Assembly (NCBI GenBank): GCA_037200925.1
Contig: JBBCGO010000001.1
Span: 824,235 to 888,234, forward strand
DNA: 64,000 nt
Reading direction: 5' to 3'
Origin: Candidatus Doudnabacteria bacterium
Lineage (GTDB): Bacteria > Patescibacteriota > Doudnabacteria > UBA920 > O2-02-FULL-48-8
This document shows, piece by piece, positions 47,803 to 58,480 of this stretch (position 1 is the stretch's first letter; the number at the start of each line of letters is the position of its first letter). The notes below the pieces were generated by a model. That model saw only the letters and a list, made by a program, of their open reading frames with translations. It made no database searches and was not told the DNA's origin. The position numbers and the translations under genes are program-made.

Positions 47803-50800
47803 ATGAAGCAAACTTTTAAACCAATCGATCCGAAGCCTGACTTTCCCAAACTTGAGGAAGAGGTCTTAAAGTTTTGGGAAGACAATCAGATCTTCCAAAA
47901 ATCTTTGGAGCAGACGAAAAACGGCAAGCCGTACGTTTTTTATGACGGCCCGCCGTTTGCTACAGGTACACCGCATTACGGACATATTTTAGGTTCAACT
48001 GTAAAGGACCTGTTTCCGCGCTATCAGACTATGAACGGAAGATTTGTCCGCCGCCGCTGGGGCTGGGACTGCCATGGCCTGCCGATAGAAGAGATAGTTG
48101 AGCGGAAATTGGGGATCTCAGGCAAAAAGGACATTGAGAAGCTGGGCATAAAAAAATTCAACGAAACCTGCCGCTCAATGGTTTTGGAATATGTGGGCGA
48201 GTGGCGGAAGACCATCCGCCGAATTGCGCGCTGGGTTGATTTTGATAATTCTTACAAAACCATGGATCGCGACTACATGGAGTCCGTCTGGTGGGCATTC
48301 AAACAGATCTATGACAAAGGGTTGGTTTACGAAGGCCGCCGGGTGCTTCTTTATTGTCCTCGTTGCGAAACGCCGGTTTCAAATTTTGAAGTGGCTATGG
48401 ATAACAGTTATCAGGAAGTCACAGAAGAAGCGGTAACCGTAAAATTCAAAATCCAAAAGCAGAAGAACACTTATTTATTGGCCTGGACGACCACCCCCTG
48501 GACTTTGCCGGGCAATGTGGCCTTGGCTGTGGGTGCGGATATTGATTACGTAAAAGTTAAAGCAGGCGATGAGTTCTATATTTTGGCAAAAAAAACTGAA
48601 TAAAGACGGGACAATTATTGAAGAATTCAAAGGCTCCAAACTTGTCGGCTTGGAATACGAACCGTTATTTGATGTGCCTGATGTGAGATCAGACAAGTCA
48701 TTTAAAATTTATGCGGCTGACTTTGTGAATACCGAAGACGGCACCGGGGTCGTGCACACGGCCGTGGTTTACGGTGAAGATGACTATGATCTGGGGCTGA
48801 AAGTCGGTTTGCCCGTGGTTCCTTTGCTTGATGAAAAAGGAAAGTTTAATGATAAGGCGCCGAAGTTATTGCAAGGCGTATATTTTAAAGATTCGGAAAA
48901 AATCATTAAGAAAGACCTTGAGGGCAGGGGATTGTTGTTTGCAAAAAATCAGCACAAACATTCTTATCCGCATTGCTGGCGCTGTGGTACGACGCTTTAT
49001 TACAATGCCATCCCGGCCTGGTTCATGAATATCCAAAAGATCAAGAAAGGCCTTTTGGAAACAAATGACAAAGAGATCAACTGGTTCCCCGAGCATCTGA
49101 AACACGGCCGGTACGAAAAAAGCGTGGAAGCAGCCCCTGACTGGAATATTTCCCGCAACCGATACTGGGGCAACCCGATCCCGGTCTGGAAGTGCGAAGA
49201 CGGGCACAATACCGTGGTTGGCAGTATCAAGGATCTGGGTTTGGAAAGAAATACTTTTTATTTTTCAAGACACGGCCAAGCTGACCTGAACCTTACGATG
49301 GTGGCCAGTAATTATCCGGAAATTGTTATCAGCAGCCTGACTGATGAAGGAAAAAAACAAGCCGAAGCATTAGCGAATGACCTCCGGAAGAGCGGTGGTG
49401 TTGATCTGATATTTTCATCTGATTTGAAACGGACAAAGGAGACCGCAGAAATTGTCGGAAAATTACTCGGAGTTAAAGTGGTCGAGGATGAACGACTGAG
49501 GGAATACAATGTCGGCACATATAACGGCAAACCGGACGCTGACTATGACCGCGATTTTCCTGTTGAAGTGCGGTGGGATAAAGCCGCTCCCCAAGGGGAA
49601 ACCTGGAAGCAATTGCAAGAGCGGATGGTTGATTTTACTGAAGAAATCAATAAAAAATATCAAGATAAAAAAATACTCGTTGTTTCGCACGGCGACGCGC
49701 TATGGATGCTACAGAAATATTTTGGGTCAGAGCGAGAATACCCGAAGTTTGGCCAAGTTTTTGAAGTGTCCGTCAGCGTAACGGATCTGCACCGGCCGTA
49801 TATTGATGACATCGTTTTGAAGTGCAAACAATGCGGCAAGGACTCTCATAGAACGCCGGAAATCTTTGATTCCTGGGTGGAGGCCGGTTCCATGCCATTT
49901 GCGGAATATCATTATCCAATTGATCAGAAAGAAACATTTGAGTCACGCTTTCCGGCCCAGTTCATCTCCGAGTATATTGCCCAGACCAGAGCCTGGTTTT
50001 ACGTCATGCATGTCATCTCTTACAATTTATTCGGTAAAGCGCCGTTTGAAAACGTGGCGACCACAGGCACTATTCTGGCTGAAGACGGCGACAAGATGAG
50101 CAAGTCAAAAAATAACTATCCCGACCCTTGGATCGTGATCGATAAATATGGCGTGGATGCCCTGAGATTTTATCTAATGAATTCTTCTGTCATGAACGCT
50201 GACAATTTGAACTTCAGTGAGAAGGAATTGGGGGTTGTTTACCGCAAAAATATTCTGATCCTTTGGAATATTTATAATTATTTTGTGACTTATGCCAATG
50301 AAGCTGATTGGGAGCCGAAGGGACCCGGTTACAAACCGGATTTGACAAATGTTCTGGATCTTTGGATCGTAGCCAAGACACAAGATCTGGTAAACGAAGT
50401 TACGGAGCAGCTGGATAATTACAACACTGTGCGCGCAACGAGAGCGATAGAAAATTATATCAATGAACTTTCGACTTGGTATGTGAGAAGGAGCAGAGGA
50501 CGAAAAGACAGCCATTTCTTCGGTAGCCTCCGCCATGCGCTGATGGTTCTGGCAAAAGTTTCAGCTCCCGTAACGCCTTATCTGTCTGAACTGATCTACA
50601 GCAATTTGAATAAAAATCCGGATGTGATCTCGGTGCATCTGGCCAAGTGGCCGGAAAAGAAAGAGTTGACCGCTGAACAAAAAGAAATCTTGAGCCAGAT
50701 GCAGTTTGTCAGAGAAACGGTGGAACAAGGGCACGCGCTGCGGAAAAGATCAAACATAAAACTGCGCCAGCCTCTGGCCTCGGTTACCTATACGCTTAAA

Positions 50801-51145
50801 GATCAGTTATCAAAAGAATATGAGGATATTTTGGCTGACGAACTGAATGTCAAAGCCGTAAATTTCGGCAGCAAGCTTGAGTTTGATCTGAACATATCCC
50901 CGGAACTCAAAAAAGAAGGCTTAGCGCGCGAACTGGAACGGGCTGTTCAGGATATGCGCAAAAAGTCAGGCTTGCAGGTTGGCGAACAGGCCGATTTATC
51001 GTATGATACAGATGATGATGAATTAAAAGCCGCTTTTGAACTGTTCGACACCAAAAAGACTTATATCGGGAAGATTTCTCGGGAAAAGGGCGGAGAAATC
51101 GTTGAAATAGACGGGAAAAAAGCGGCGATTGCGTTAAAAAAGTGA
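47803..51145 (+). CDS. ileS: Isoleucine--tRNA ligase (type 2) with an inserted histidine phosphatase domain; frame broken at A8 run 48588-48595
   Basis: YDGPPFATG.PHYGH, GWDCHGLP, WTTTPWTLP in frame 1; TGVVH, DWNISRNRYWG, KMSKS in frame 2. Confidence 0.93.
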
Positions 51146-51684
51146 AATACAAGAAACTTACAGGAATCATCTTAAAGAAACAAAATTACAGGGAAGCCGA
51201 TCAGATTGTCAGCGTTTGGAGCAGGGAAGCCGGGAAAATAAGGGTTTTGGCCAGATCTCTGCGCAAACCTGCCAGTAAGCTTAACTATGCCATGCAGGAC
51301 CTGTCCGAAGTTGAGATTTTTGTTGCAGGCAATCATTTGCCGACCTTGATCGGGGCCAAACCCATCCGGCAATTCAAGAGCCTGGTCCAAGATCTGAAAA
51401 AGACGGCAATTGCGTTCTACGCTTCAGAGTTAATGCTGAAAATGACCGCTGACGAACATCCAAATCCGCCAGCCTATGATCTGCTCTCTGATTTTTTGGG
51501 CAAACTGGAAGAGCAATCAGCGGTAAATGATTATTTTTTGATCGACGGCTTTGCTTTGGGTTTGGCTTCCGTATTAGGATTTGGTTCTCCCAAGAAATCC
51601 AATTCTCACATTGACGTTAACAGGTTTATCGAATATATCATCGAGCGCAACGTTAAATCCGAACCATTCTTAATTTCAGTTTAA
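51142..51684 (+). CDS. recO: DNA repair protein RecO (short form)
   Basis: GIILK..YREADQIV....GKI...A...RK..SKL. Confidence 0.9.
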   Translation: MKYKKLTGIILKKQNYREADQIVSVWSREAGKIRVLARSLRKPASKLNYAMQDLSEVEIFVAGNHLPTLIGAKPIRQFKSLVQDLKKTAIAFYASELMLKMTADEHPNPPAYDLLSDFLGKLEEQSAVNDYFLIDGFALGLASVLGFGSPKKSNSHIDVNRFIEYIIERNVKSEPFLISV

Positions 51685-51688
51685 GTTT

Positions 51689-53464
51689 ATGCCCGACGAT
51701 CAGATTTTTGACGAGAAAACCCGCGAAGAGATACCAGTGGATTTCAACCGGCCGGAAAGCGGCTGGAAGAGATTTTTTAAAAATAAAAAAATAATCATCC
51801 CGTCGGCCGTGGCAATCGTTCTGCTCGGCGGAATTTTCTGGTATTTTTTGTCCCGGGGGACCACTCCAGTCAGCCCTACATCCACGAACGTTTTGCTGAC
51901 CGTGAAAGGTCCGGACCAGCTGACCTCAGGCAACGAAGCGGAATACGATATTAAATATCTCAATGGCGAAAATGCCGACTTGGTCGGAATTTCGATGGAA
52001 GTTTTTTATCCGTCCGGTTTTACATTCAAATCATCTACTCCGGTCGCCACGAATTCCACAGGCCAGGCTTTTAACCTGCCGATCTTAAAGCAGGGGGCGA
52101 GTTTCGAAATCGTGATCAGAGGAAAACTTTCCGGTTCCACGGGCGAGGATAAGGAAATTAAGGCCCGGTTGCATTACCGCTTGTCCAACTTCAACTCCGA
52201 ATTTATAGTGGAGCAGAGCAAACATACCGGTATTTTGCCGCCCAATCTGACCATGGATATCAACGGTCCGGTGGATGTCGTGAACGGCCAGAACACGACA
52301 TATACCATAAATTTTACCAATGTTTCTTCGCAGGATTTCGATAACCTGGCAGTACAGCTGACCTATCCCGAGGGCTTTATTTTTACTTCCAGCGTCCCGG
52401 CGCCTGCCAAGAACAACAGCTATTGGATCATCCCGAAACTTGCGAGCGGCAGTTCGTCGAATATCAATATCACAGGGAGTTTTACGGGGGATTCGTCGCA
52501 GGATTTGCTGGTCCGGGCCGATCTTGGGCAAATTATCAATAACACTTTTGCACCGCAGCTGGTTTCCACCGCTACTTTCAAGATCATTCCTTCTTCCTTA
52601 GCGTTGACAATCTCATCGACATCCAAGGACTACATCAAACTGGGAGACAGTATCCAGTACGCGCTGAAATATTCCAATCAGGGGAGTATCGGCTTGAGCA
52701 ATATTATTATCACCCTCAATCTGGACAGCCCAGCGGTGGATTTTACAAGGCTCACGGCGCAAAATGCGATCATCACCGGCAATACCCTGACCTGGAAAGC
52801 TGCGACCACGCCCGCCCTTGCGGCTTTATCTCCCAACGACAGCGGCGAGATCGATTTCTCGGTTCCGGTTAAGGACAATCTGCCGACCAATCTGAAAAAC
52901 CAGTCAGTCACAGCGTCTGCAACAATTTCATCGGATGAAATAACCCAGCCGACTCAGGCCACGGCTTTGGTGCTCAAATTGATCTCCGGCCTTGATCTTA
53001 CAGTTGACGGCAACTATGTTTCCGGCGTAGTTCCCATGCAGGTCGGCCAAACCACCATTTTTGCCATGACCTTCACGCTTTCTAATTTAAGCAATGATGT
53101 GTCGGGAACCACAGTCACGGCATCTTTGCCCTTGCCGCCAACCGCATGGAATAGTGTAATAGTCCCGGATTCGGAAAAACAGCGCTTAAGCTATGATCCC
53201 AATTCGGGAAAGATCAGTTGGAAGATCGGAACCCTGCCGGCATTCACCGGCAAGTTCACTCCGGCTTTGGTGGTAACATTCCAGCTGCAGGTCACGCCCA
53301 CGGAATCAGACCGCGGCAAACCGTTAAACCTGCTTTCGAATGTGCAGGCGGTGGGTACCGACACTTTTGTCAATCAGCCGATTCAAACCCAGAATATAAG
53401 TTCTGTATCCTCATCAAGCATTAATGATGATGTCTTGAATGTAAAGGGATCAATAGTACAGTAA
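51689..53464 (+). CDS. Membrane-anchored protein with DUF11-like Ig domains
   Basis: N-terminal TM and four beta-sandwich repeats (Y...Y.N..L..P.GF.F). Confidence 0.75.
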   Translation: MPDDQIFDEKTREEIPVDFNRPESGWKRFFKNKKIIIPSAVAIVLLGGIFWYFLSRGTTPVSPTSTNVLLTVKGPDQLTSGNEAEYDIKYLNGENADLVGISMEVFYPSGFTFKSSTPVATNSTGQAFNLPILKQGASFEIVIRGKLSGSTGEDKEIKARLHYRLSNFNSEFIVEQSKHTGILPPNLTMDINGPVDVVNGQNTTYTINFTNVSSQDFDNLAVQLTYPEGFIFTSSVPAPAKNNSYWIIPKLASGSSSNINITGSFTGDSSQDLLVRADLGQIINNTFAPQLVSTATFKIIPSSLALTISSTSKDYIKLGDSIQYALKYSNQGSIGLSNIIITLNLDSPAVDFTRLTAQNAIITGNTLTWKAATTPALAALSPNDSGEIDFSVPVKDNLPTNLKNQSVTASATISSDEITQPTQATALVLKLISGLDLTVDGNYVSGVVPMQVGQTTIFAMTFTLSNLSNDVSGTTVTASLPLPPTAWNSVIVPDSEKQRLSYDPNSGKISWKIGTLPAFTGKFTPALVVTFQLQVTPTESDRGKPLNLLSNVQAVGTDTFVNQPIQTQNISSVSSSSINDDVLNVKGSIVQ

Positions 53465-53536
53465 ACGTGTAACTTGTAACTCAAAAAAAAACCGGAAATC
53501 AATTCCGGTTTTTATTACATGTTTTGCGTTACATTT

Positions 53537-54805
53537 TTAGGGCCTTACGTATGCCAGCGGATTAACTCGCGTGCCGTTCTTTATGATCTCAAAGTGCAAG
53601 TGGATACCTGTGACTCCGCGAACACGTCCGGTGTGGCCTTGTTTGGCGATCAGCTGGCCCTGCTTCACAGTATCACCGGCTTGCACGTAAAGCTCTGAAG
53701 CATGCCCATAGCGCGTTTTAAAACCATTGCCGTGGTTGATGACGATCGTGTTGCCGTAGCCGTTGGCCTGATAACCTGAGATTTCAACGAACCCGTCAGC
53801 CGCAGCATAGATCGGCTCCATTTTGCTGTCGGAAATATCCAGCCCGGTATGACGGGAGGAGAAGCCCTGCGTGATGTTGCGGACCGGGGTCGGCCATATG
53901 AAATTAACGGGTCCCGACAACAGATTATCCGGAGCAGCGGCTTGTTTTAAGGCGACCTGATTGCTGTCATCGCGGACGAACTGGGAAGGAGGTTTTGGCT
54001 TTGTCGGGACAGTGACATTATCCAAAGGGATGACTACAGTGGCGCCTACATCCAGATCGTCAAAAGATTCGATATTGTTGGCGTCAAGAAAATCATCCTC
54101 AGAAACCTTATATTTATTTAAGATCGATTCCAAAGTATCACCTTCCTTGAGCGTGTAGGTAATGCCGGTGATCGGCAAGATCGTCAGTTCTTGCCCCGGT
54201 TTTATGACGCTGGTCGTGTCCAGCTTATTTTCCATCATGATAGTTTGCGGGGAAATTCCGAAGCTGGTCGCGACACTGACAACAGAGTCGCCGGGCTGGA
54301 CGCTGTATTGGGTCAGGCCCTGGCGGTAGTTGTTCTGGGTATCAGCAGGATTGGTTTTTACTATCACGTCAGCCTGGATGGTGGTCGGGTCCGCGGTTGG
54401 AGTTTTTGCGCCCACTGACGCGCTCGCCAGGACTATGCCAAGGGAAGACTGGGCCTGCGCCGTATTTACGAACTGATCGCTGCCGGCCATGATCGTAGTG
54501 GTATCGCTGGAAGCCATGAGCCTGGTGTTCAGTTTCGGGTTGGCTTTAAGGAAAGAAAAAATCACGCTTTGATCATCGGAGGAAGAGATGAGGTTGGCGT
54601 GAGTGCTTAAGGAAAAATTAACCAAAACCGTAAAAGCGGCGATAGTTAAAACCACCAATTCCAAACTAAAACGGGCGACATAGTCCGGAACTGAGAGGGG
54701 AAGGAGATGGCGGGAGTGAAGAGACTTGAAAGGATGGATAGTGAACTTGCTATTCGATTTCCAGGATTCTGCGAACTTTTTGAGCGAAGGGATGAGGAAG
54801 GAAAT
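53537..54805 (-). CDS. LysM plus M23 peptidase (start uncertain: ATT 54805 or TTG 54664)
   Basis: Two LysM domains; HTGLD, YGH, HLHFE; frame stays open upstream of the TTG. Confidence 0.85.
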   Translation of the reverse strand: MSFLIPSLKKFAESWKSNSKFTIHPFKSLHSRHLLPLSVPDYVARFSLELVVLTIAAFTVLVNFSLSTHANLISSSDDQSVIFSFLKANPKLNTRLMASSDTTTIMAGSDQFVNTAQAQSSLGIVLASASVGAKTPTADPTTIQADVIVKTNPADTQNNYRQGLTQYSVQPGDSVVSVATSFGISPQTIMMENKLDTTSVIKPGQELTILPITGITYTLKEGDTLESILNKYKVSEDDFLDANNIESFDDLDVGATVVIPLDNVTVPTKPKPPSQFVRDDSNQVALKQAAAPDNLLSGPVNFIWPTPVRNITQGFSSRHTGLDISDSKMEPIYAAADGFVEISGYQANGYGNTIVINHGNGFKTRYGHASELYVQAGDTVKQGQLIAKQGHTGRVRGVTGIHLHFEIIKNGTRVNPLAYVRP

Positions 54806-55039
54806 AAGAACTCCTTGTATACACCAGTCAAAGGCTCACTTTTTCAACCGCAATAGGGATAAATAATCCGTAAAGTAAGCCAAATTATGGGCTAAATGTT
54901 CTTACACAAAACAACAATATTCGTAGCCCCAATCTTATCAAAATTAGCTAATTTGGTCAACACTTTACACACCGCTATATGTGCAAAAGTTGAAAAAAGG
55001 GCCAATTCAGGGGCTAATTTTCGTTATAATATCCACAAA

Positions 55040-55127
55040 AGAGCAGGTGACAGGTTAAAGATGATAGTAGGCAGCAAAAAAATGCGGTTTTTTTATAACC
55101 TACAACCTAAAACCTATAACCTGTATA
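55040..55127. repeat. Inverted arrays of 7-bp repeats (GTTnTAG-like, then CTAnAAC)
   Basis: gtgacag gttaaag atgatag ... ttataac ctacaac ctaaaac ctataac. Confidence 0.7.
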
Positions 55128-55138
55128 ATGCATGAGCC

Positions 55139-57142
55139 ATGAAAGAAAATTTAGGGCTTAATCAAGCTCAATTAGAAGCTGTCACGGCCCCGATGGGACC
55201 GGTTTTGATTTTGGCCGGCGCAGGCAGCGGCAAAACGCGCGCTTTGACCATGCGGATCGTTTATCTGATAAAAAAGATCGGTTTAAGCCCGCGCAATATT
55301 TTGGCAGTGACGTTTACCAACAAAGCCGCGGGAGAAATGAAGGAGCGGATCACGAAACTGCTCGGAAAGAACCTTGATGGTTTGCCGACCATGGGAACTT
55401 TTCATTCCATTGGGGTTAAGATCCTGCGCATCGACGGAAAATTAGTCGGGCTTGATCCTAATTTTTTGATCTACGACAGCCAGGACCAGGAAAGCCTGAT
55501 CAAAGATATTTTATTAAGACAGCGCGTGGACCCGACCAAATACAAGCCGTCAATGTTCGGCGCCATCATTGACCGGGCGAAAAACAATCTGGAGGAACCC
55601 GAGGATATGGAGGAAGACGATAAGGCTTTTTCACGGACGGTAAAAAAAGTTTATGAGACTTATCAGGAGGAGCTGCGGAAGAACAATGCCGTGGATTTCG
55701 GCGACCTTTTGGTTTTACCGGTCAGGATCTTTCAAAAGCATCCCGAGGTTTTGGCAAAATACCAGAAACTCTGGCAATACATCCTGGTAGACGAATACCA
55801 GGACACGAACTATGCCCAGTATATTTTTACCAAACTCCTGGCCGCGGCCCATGAGAATATTTTTGTGGTCGGGGATGACGCACAGGCGATCTACGGTTTT
55901 CGCGGGGCTGACCTGCAGAATATCCTGGACTTTGAAAAAGATTATCCCAAGGCCCGCGTCATCCGCCTCGAGCAGAACTACCGCTCTACGGCTCCGATCC
56001 TTTCTATCGCGGAAAAGATCATTGAATTAAGCCCCCGCCAGCATAAAAAAAAGCTCTGGACGGAAAATGAGCAGGGGAAAACCCCGGTCTTGTTCGTGGC
56101 CCCGGATGAACTGGCAGAAGCTTACTTTGTCGCCGGCAAGATCATTGAACAGCAGGACGGGAAGTCAGAAGAGATGCAATACGTGGAAGAGGATGACGAG
56201 ACAATCCTGGGACGAATTATGCGCAATGCCAAATCCAAGATCTTGCCCAAGCTTAGGAACCGGAACGGACTGAACAACATTGCCGTGCTTTACCGTACGC
56301 ACGCCCAGTCGCGCGTTTTGGAAGAAGTTATGATCGAGGCCTCGATCCCTTACCAGATCGTCGGCGGTTTGAAATTCTACGAACGCAAAGAAATTAAAGA
56401 TATCTTGAGTTATTTGAGGCTTTTGGTTAATTCCAATGATCTGATAAGCATGAAGCGTGTCATCAACACCCCTCCACGCGGCATTGGTCCGAAGACCTTT
56501 GACTTGCTCAAAGAATCTTTGCTCGAAAAGAACGAGAAATTGCTTGGTGAATTGATGGCAGCCAAGCCTGCGGTCAAGAATTTTTTTGAAATGCAGGATC
56601 TGCTGACCAATCTGGATGAAAGCGGCAATCTGCTTGATCTGCTTCGCCAGGTCCTGAAACTGACCGGCTATGAAAGTTTTTTGCGCGATGGGTCGGAAGA
56701 AGGCGAAGGCCGATGGGAAAACGTCCAGGAACTGTTCAATGTGGCCGGCAGTTTTCGGGGGTTGCCCTGGAAAGAAGGATTGAATCAGTTTTTGGAAGAA
56801 GTGGCGCTCATGACCTCTGCTGATGAAGTTGATATGAATTCTCCGAAAGTAACTCTTATGACCTTGCATCAGGCGAAAGGCTTGGAATACGAAACCGTGT
56901 TTCTGGTGGGGCTGGAGGAAGGCTTGCTGCCCCATGCCCGCTCTTTGCTTGAACCAAAAGACATTGCCGAGGAAGTGCGCTTGGCTTATGTGGGCGTGAC
57001 CCGCGCGCGAAAAAATCTGTATCTGGTCTATGCGCAAACGCGCAAACAGTACGGCATGAGGAATGTTTCGATACCGTCAAGGATCCTCAAAGCCATCCCT
57101 GAAGAATTATTGGACATCCATGAATCAAATCAATACTGGTGA
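55139..57142 (+). CDS. pcrA: UvrD/PcrA family helicase
   Basis: AGAGSGKT, VTFTNKAA, VDEYQD, LEQNYRS, TLHQAKGLE, YVGVTRA. Confidence 0.95.
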   Translation: MKENLGLNQAQLEAVTAPMGPVLILAGAGSGKTRALTMRIVYLIKKIGLSPRNILAVTFTNKAAGEMKERITKLLGKNLDGLPTMGTFHSIGVKILRIDGKLVGLDPNFLIYDSQDQESLIKDILLRQRVDPTKYKPSMFGAIIDRAKNNLEEPEDMEEDDKAFSRTVKKVYETYQEELRKNNAVDFGDLLVLPVRIFQKHPEVLAKYQKLWQYILVDEYQDTNYAQYIFTKLLAAAHENIFVVGDDAQAIYGFRGADLQNILDFEKDYPKARVIRLEQNYRSTAPILSIAEKIIELSPRQHKKKLWTENEQGKTPVLFVAPDELAEAYFVAGKIIEQQDGKSEEMQYVEEDDETILGRIMRNAKSKILPKLRNRNGLNNIAVLYRTHAQSRVLEEVMIEASIPYQIVGGLKFYERKEIKDILSYLRLLVNSNDLISMKRVINTPPRGIGPKTFDLLKESLLEKNEKLLGELMAAKPAVKNFFEMQDLLTNLDESGNLLDLLRQVLKLTGYESFLRDGSEEGEGRWENVQELFNVAGSFRGLPWKEGLNQFLEEVALMTSADEVDMNSPKVTLMTLHQAKGLEYETVFLVGLEEGLLPHARSLLEPKDIAEEVRLAYVGVTRARKNLYLVYAQTRKQYGMRNVSIPSRILKAIPEELLDIHESNQYW

Positions 57143-57929
57143 ACTGAAAGATTATTTCCGCGCGCGGGGACTTAAGCCCAAGGATTACATGGGTCAGAAT
57201 TTTTTGATCGATGCGGATGTGCTGGGGGAGATCCTGAAAGTTGCGGAGCTCAAACCAACCGATATCGTATTAGAGGTTGGCCCTGGTCTTGGAGTTTTGA
57301 CAAGGCAGTTGGCAGATAAGTCAAAAGAGATCTGGGCTGTGGAAAAAGATCATAAATTAATCCCTCTGCTTAACATAGAATTGAAAGACAAAAAAAACGT
57401 TCATATCGTGCATGATGATATTTTAAGATTTCATGTCGCGGAAAATATCAAAGGAGATTATAAAGTTGTCGCCAATATCCCTTATTATTTGACATCAAAG
57501 TTAATTCAGAATTTTTTGGAATTACGAAACCCGCCGAAACTTCTGGTGCTCATGGTCCAGAAAGAAGTGGGGGAACGGGTGGTGGCAAAACCGGGAGAAC
57601 TTTCCGTACTCGGAATATCCGTGCAGATCTATTCAGACCCTGAAGTTGCATTAAATGTCTCCAAACAAAGTTTCTGGCCTGTGCCTGAAGTGGATTCAGT
57701 GATACTCAAAATTGTCCCAAGCAACAAATACCCGCAGATCAAAGACAAAAAATTATTTTTCCGCATTATCAAAACAGCTTTTTCCGGCAAACGAAAACAA
57801 ATTCACAACACGATAAAAGATCCTGCAGCTTTGCAAAAAGCGGGGATCGATCCCAAAGCCAGACCGCAGGACCTCTCAATTGAGCAGTGGATCGAGCTTT
57901 ATAAAGCCTTGGAAGCATCTGATATCTGA
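57120..57929 (+). CDS. rsmA: 16S rRNA m6,2A dimethyltransferase
   Basis: GQNFL, EVGPGLG, ANIPYY, MVQKEV, P.P.VDS. Confidence 0.96.
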   Translation: MNQINTGELKDYFRARGLKPKDYMGQNFLIDADVLGEILKVAELKPTDIVLEVGPGLGVLTRQLADKSKEIWAVEKDHKLIPLLNIELKDKKNVHIVHDDILRFHVAENIKGDYKVVANIPYYLTSKLIQNFLELRNPPKLLVLMVQKEVGERVVAKPGELSVLGISVQIYSDPEVALNVSKQSFWPVPEVDSVILKIVPSNKYPQIKDKKLFFRIIKTAFSGKRKQIHNTIKDPAALQKAGIDPKARPQDLSIEQWIELYKALEASDI

Positions 57930-58038
57930 AAAAGTGTTTTGGGGCTTGCAAAGAATCAGAATCTGTGCTATAATATATATATAGTTTGAAACGGTTTTCG
58001 AAACAAAAACCAACAAAAATCAATAAAATAAAGCCGAA

Positions 58039-58476
58039 ATGAGAGATTTGGCAAGCCTAGTTTTGAGCTTGTCATTCCTTATTTTGAGAGACGGCATGTT
58101 CATGTCAAGAAATAAACAAGAAGCAACCAGATTATTTGCACTAACAGTAATACTTATTAGTGTGCTGTTTTTGCCTCATACTCATAAGGCTCAGGCGCAA
58201 GCGGCAGGCCTGCCTTTCGGCGGCCGGCTTTTGTTTACTACGCCCCCAATTATCACAGTATTTGTCAATTGTCCTGCTATAGCTACCGTTTCAAATTTTG
58301 GACCAGGACCAAAAGTTTTGCATTTACTACTGCCTCCGATACAACCTAGATCTTTTTATAATTTTTATCTTCCCGGGGTCGCAGTTTTAGGAACATATTT
58401 TCCTACCCCGCTTCCTTTTAATTGTCCAATAGCGCCAATTTTTCCAGCATTCTATTTTGGGACAAGCGGCAGATAA
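58039..58476 (+). CDS. Secreted Pro-rich hypothetical protein
   Basis: Signal-like segment; PFGGR..C..LG..C..FGTS pattern. Confidence 0.6.
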   Translation: MRDLASLVLSLSFLILRDGMFMSRNKQEATRLFALTVILISVLFLPHTHKAQAQAAGLPFGGRLLFTTPPIITVFVNCPAIATVSNFGPGPKVLHLLLPPIQPRSFYNFYLPGVAVLGTYFPTPLPFNCPIAPIFPAFYFGTSGR

Positions 58477-58480
58477 AAAA

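Noticed and set aside
56165-57037. 290-aa antisense ORF (and similar shadows such as 2746-3279 and 35063-35626)
   Set aside because: Antisense to well-supported genes, with no recognisable motifs
34672-57929. UGA reassignment (code 25) as in some CPR lineages
   Set aside because: Conserved genes (dedA, dinB, ileS, pcrA, rsmA) end normally at TGA and none has an internal TGA
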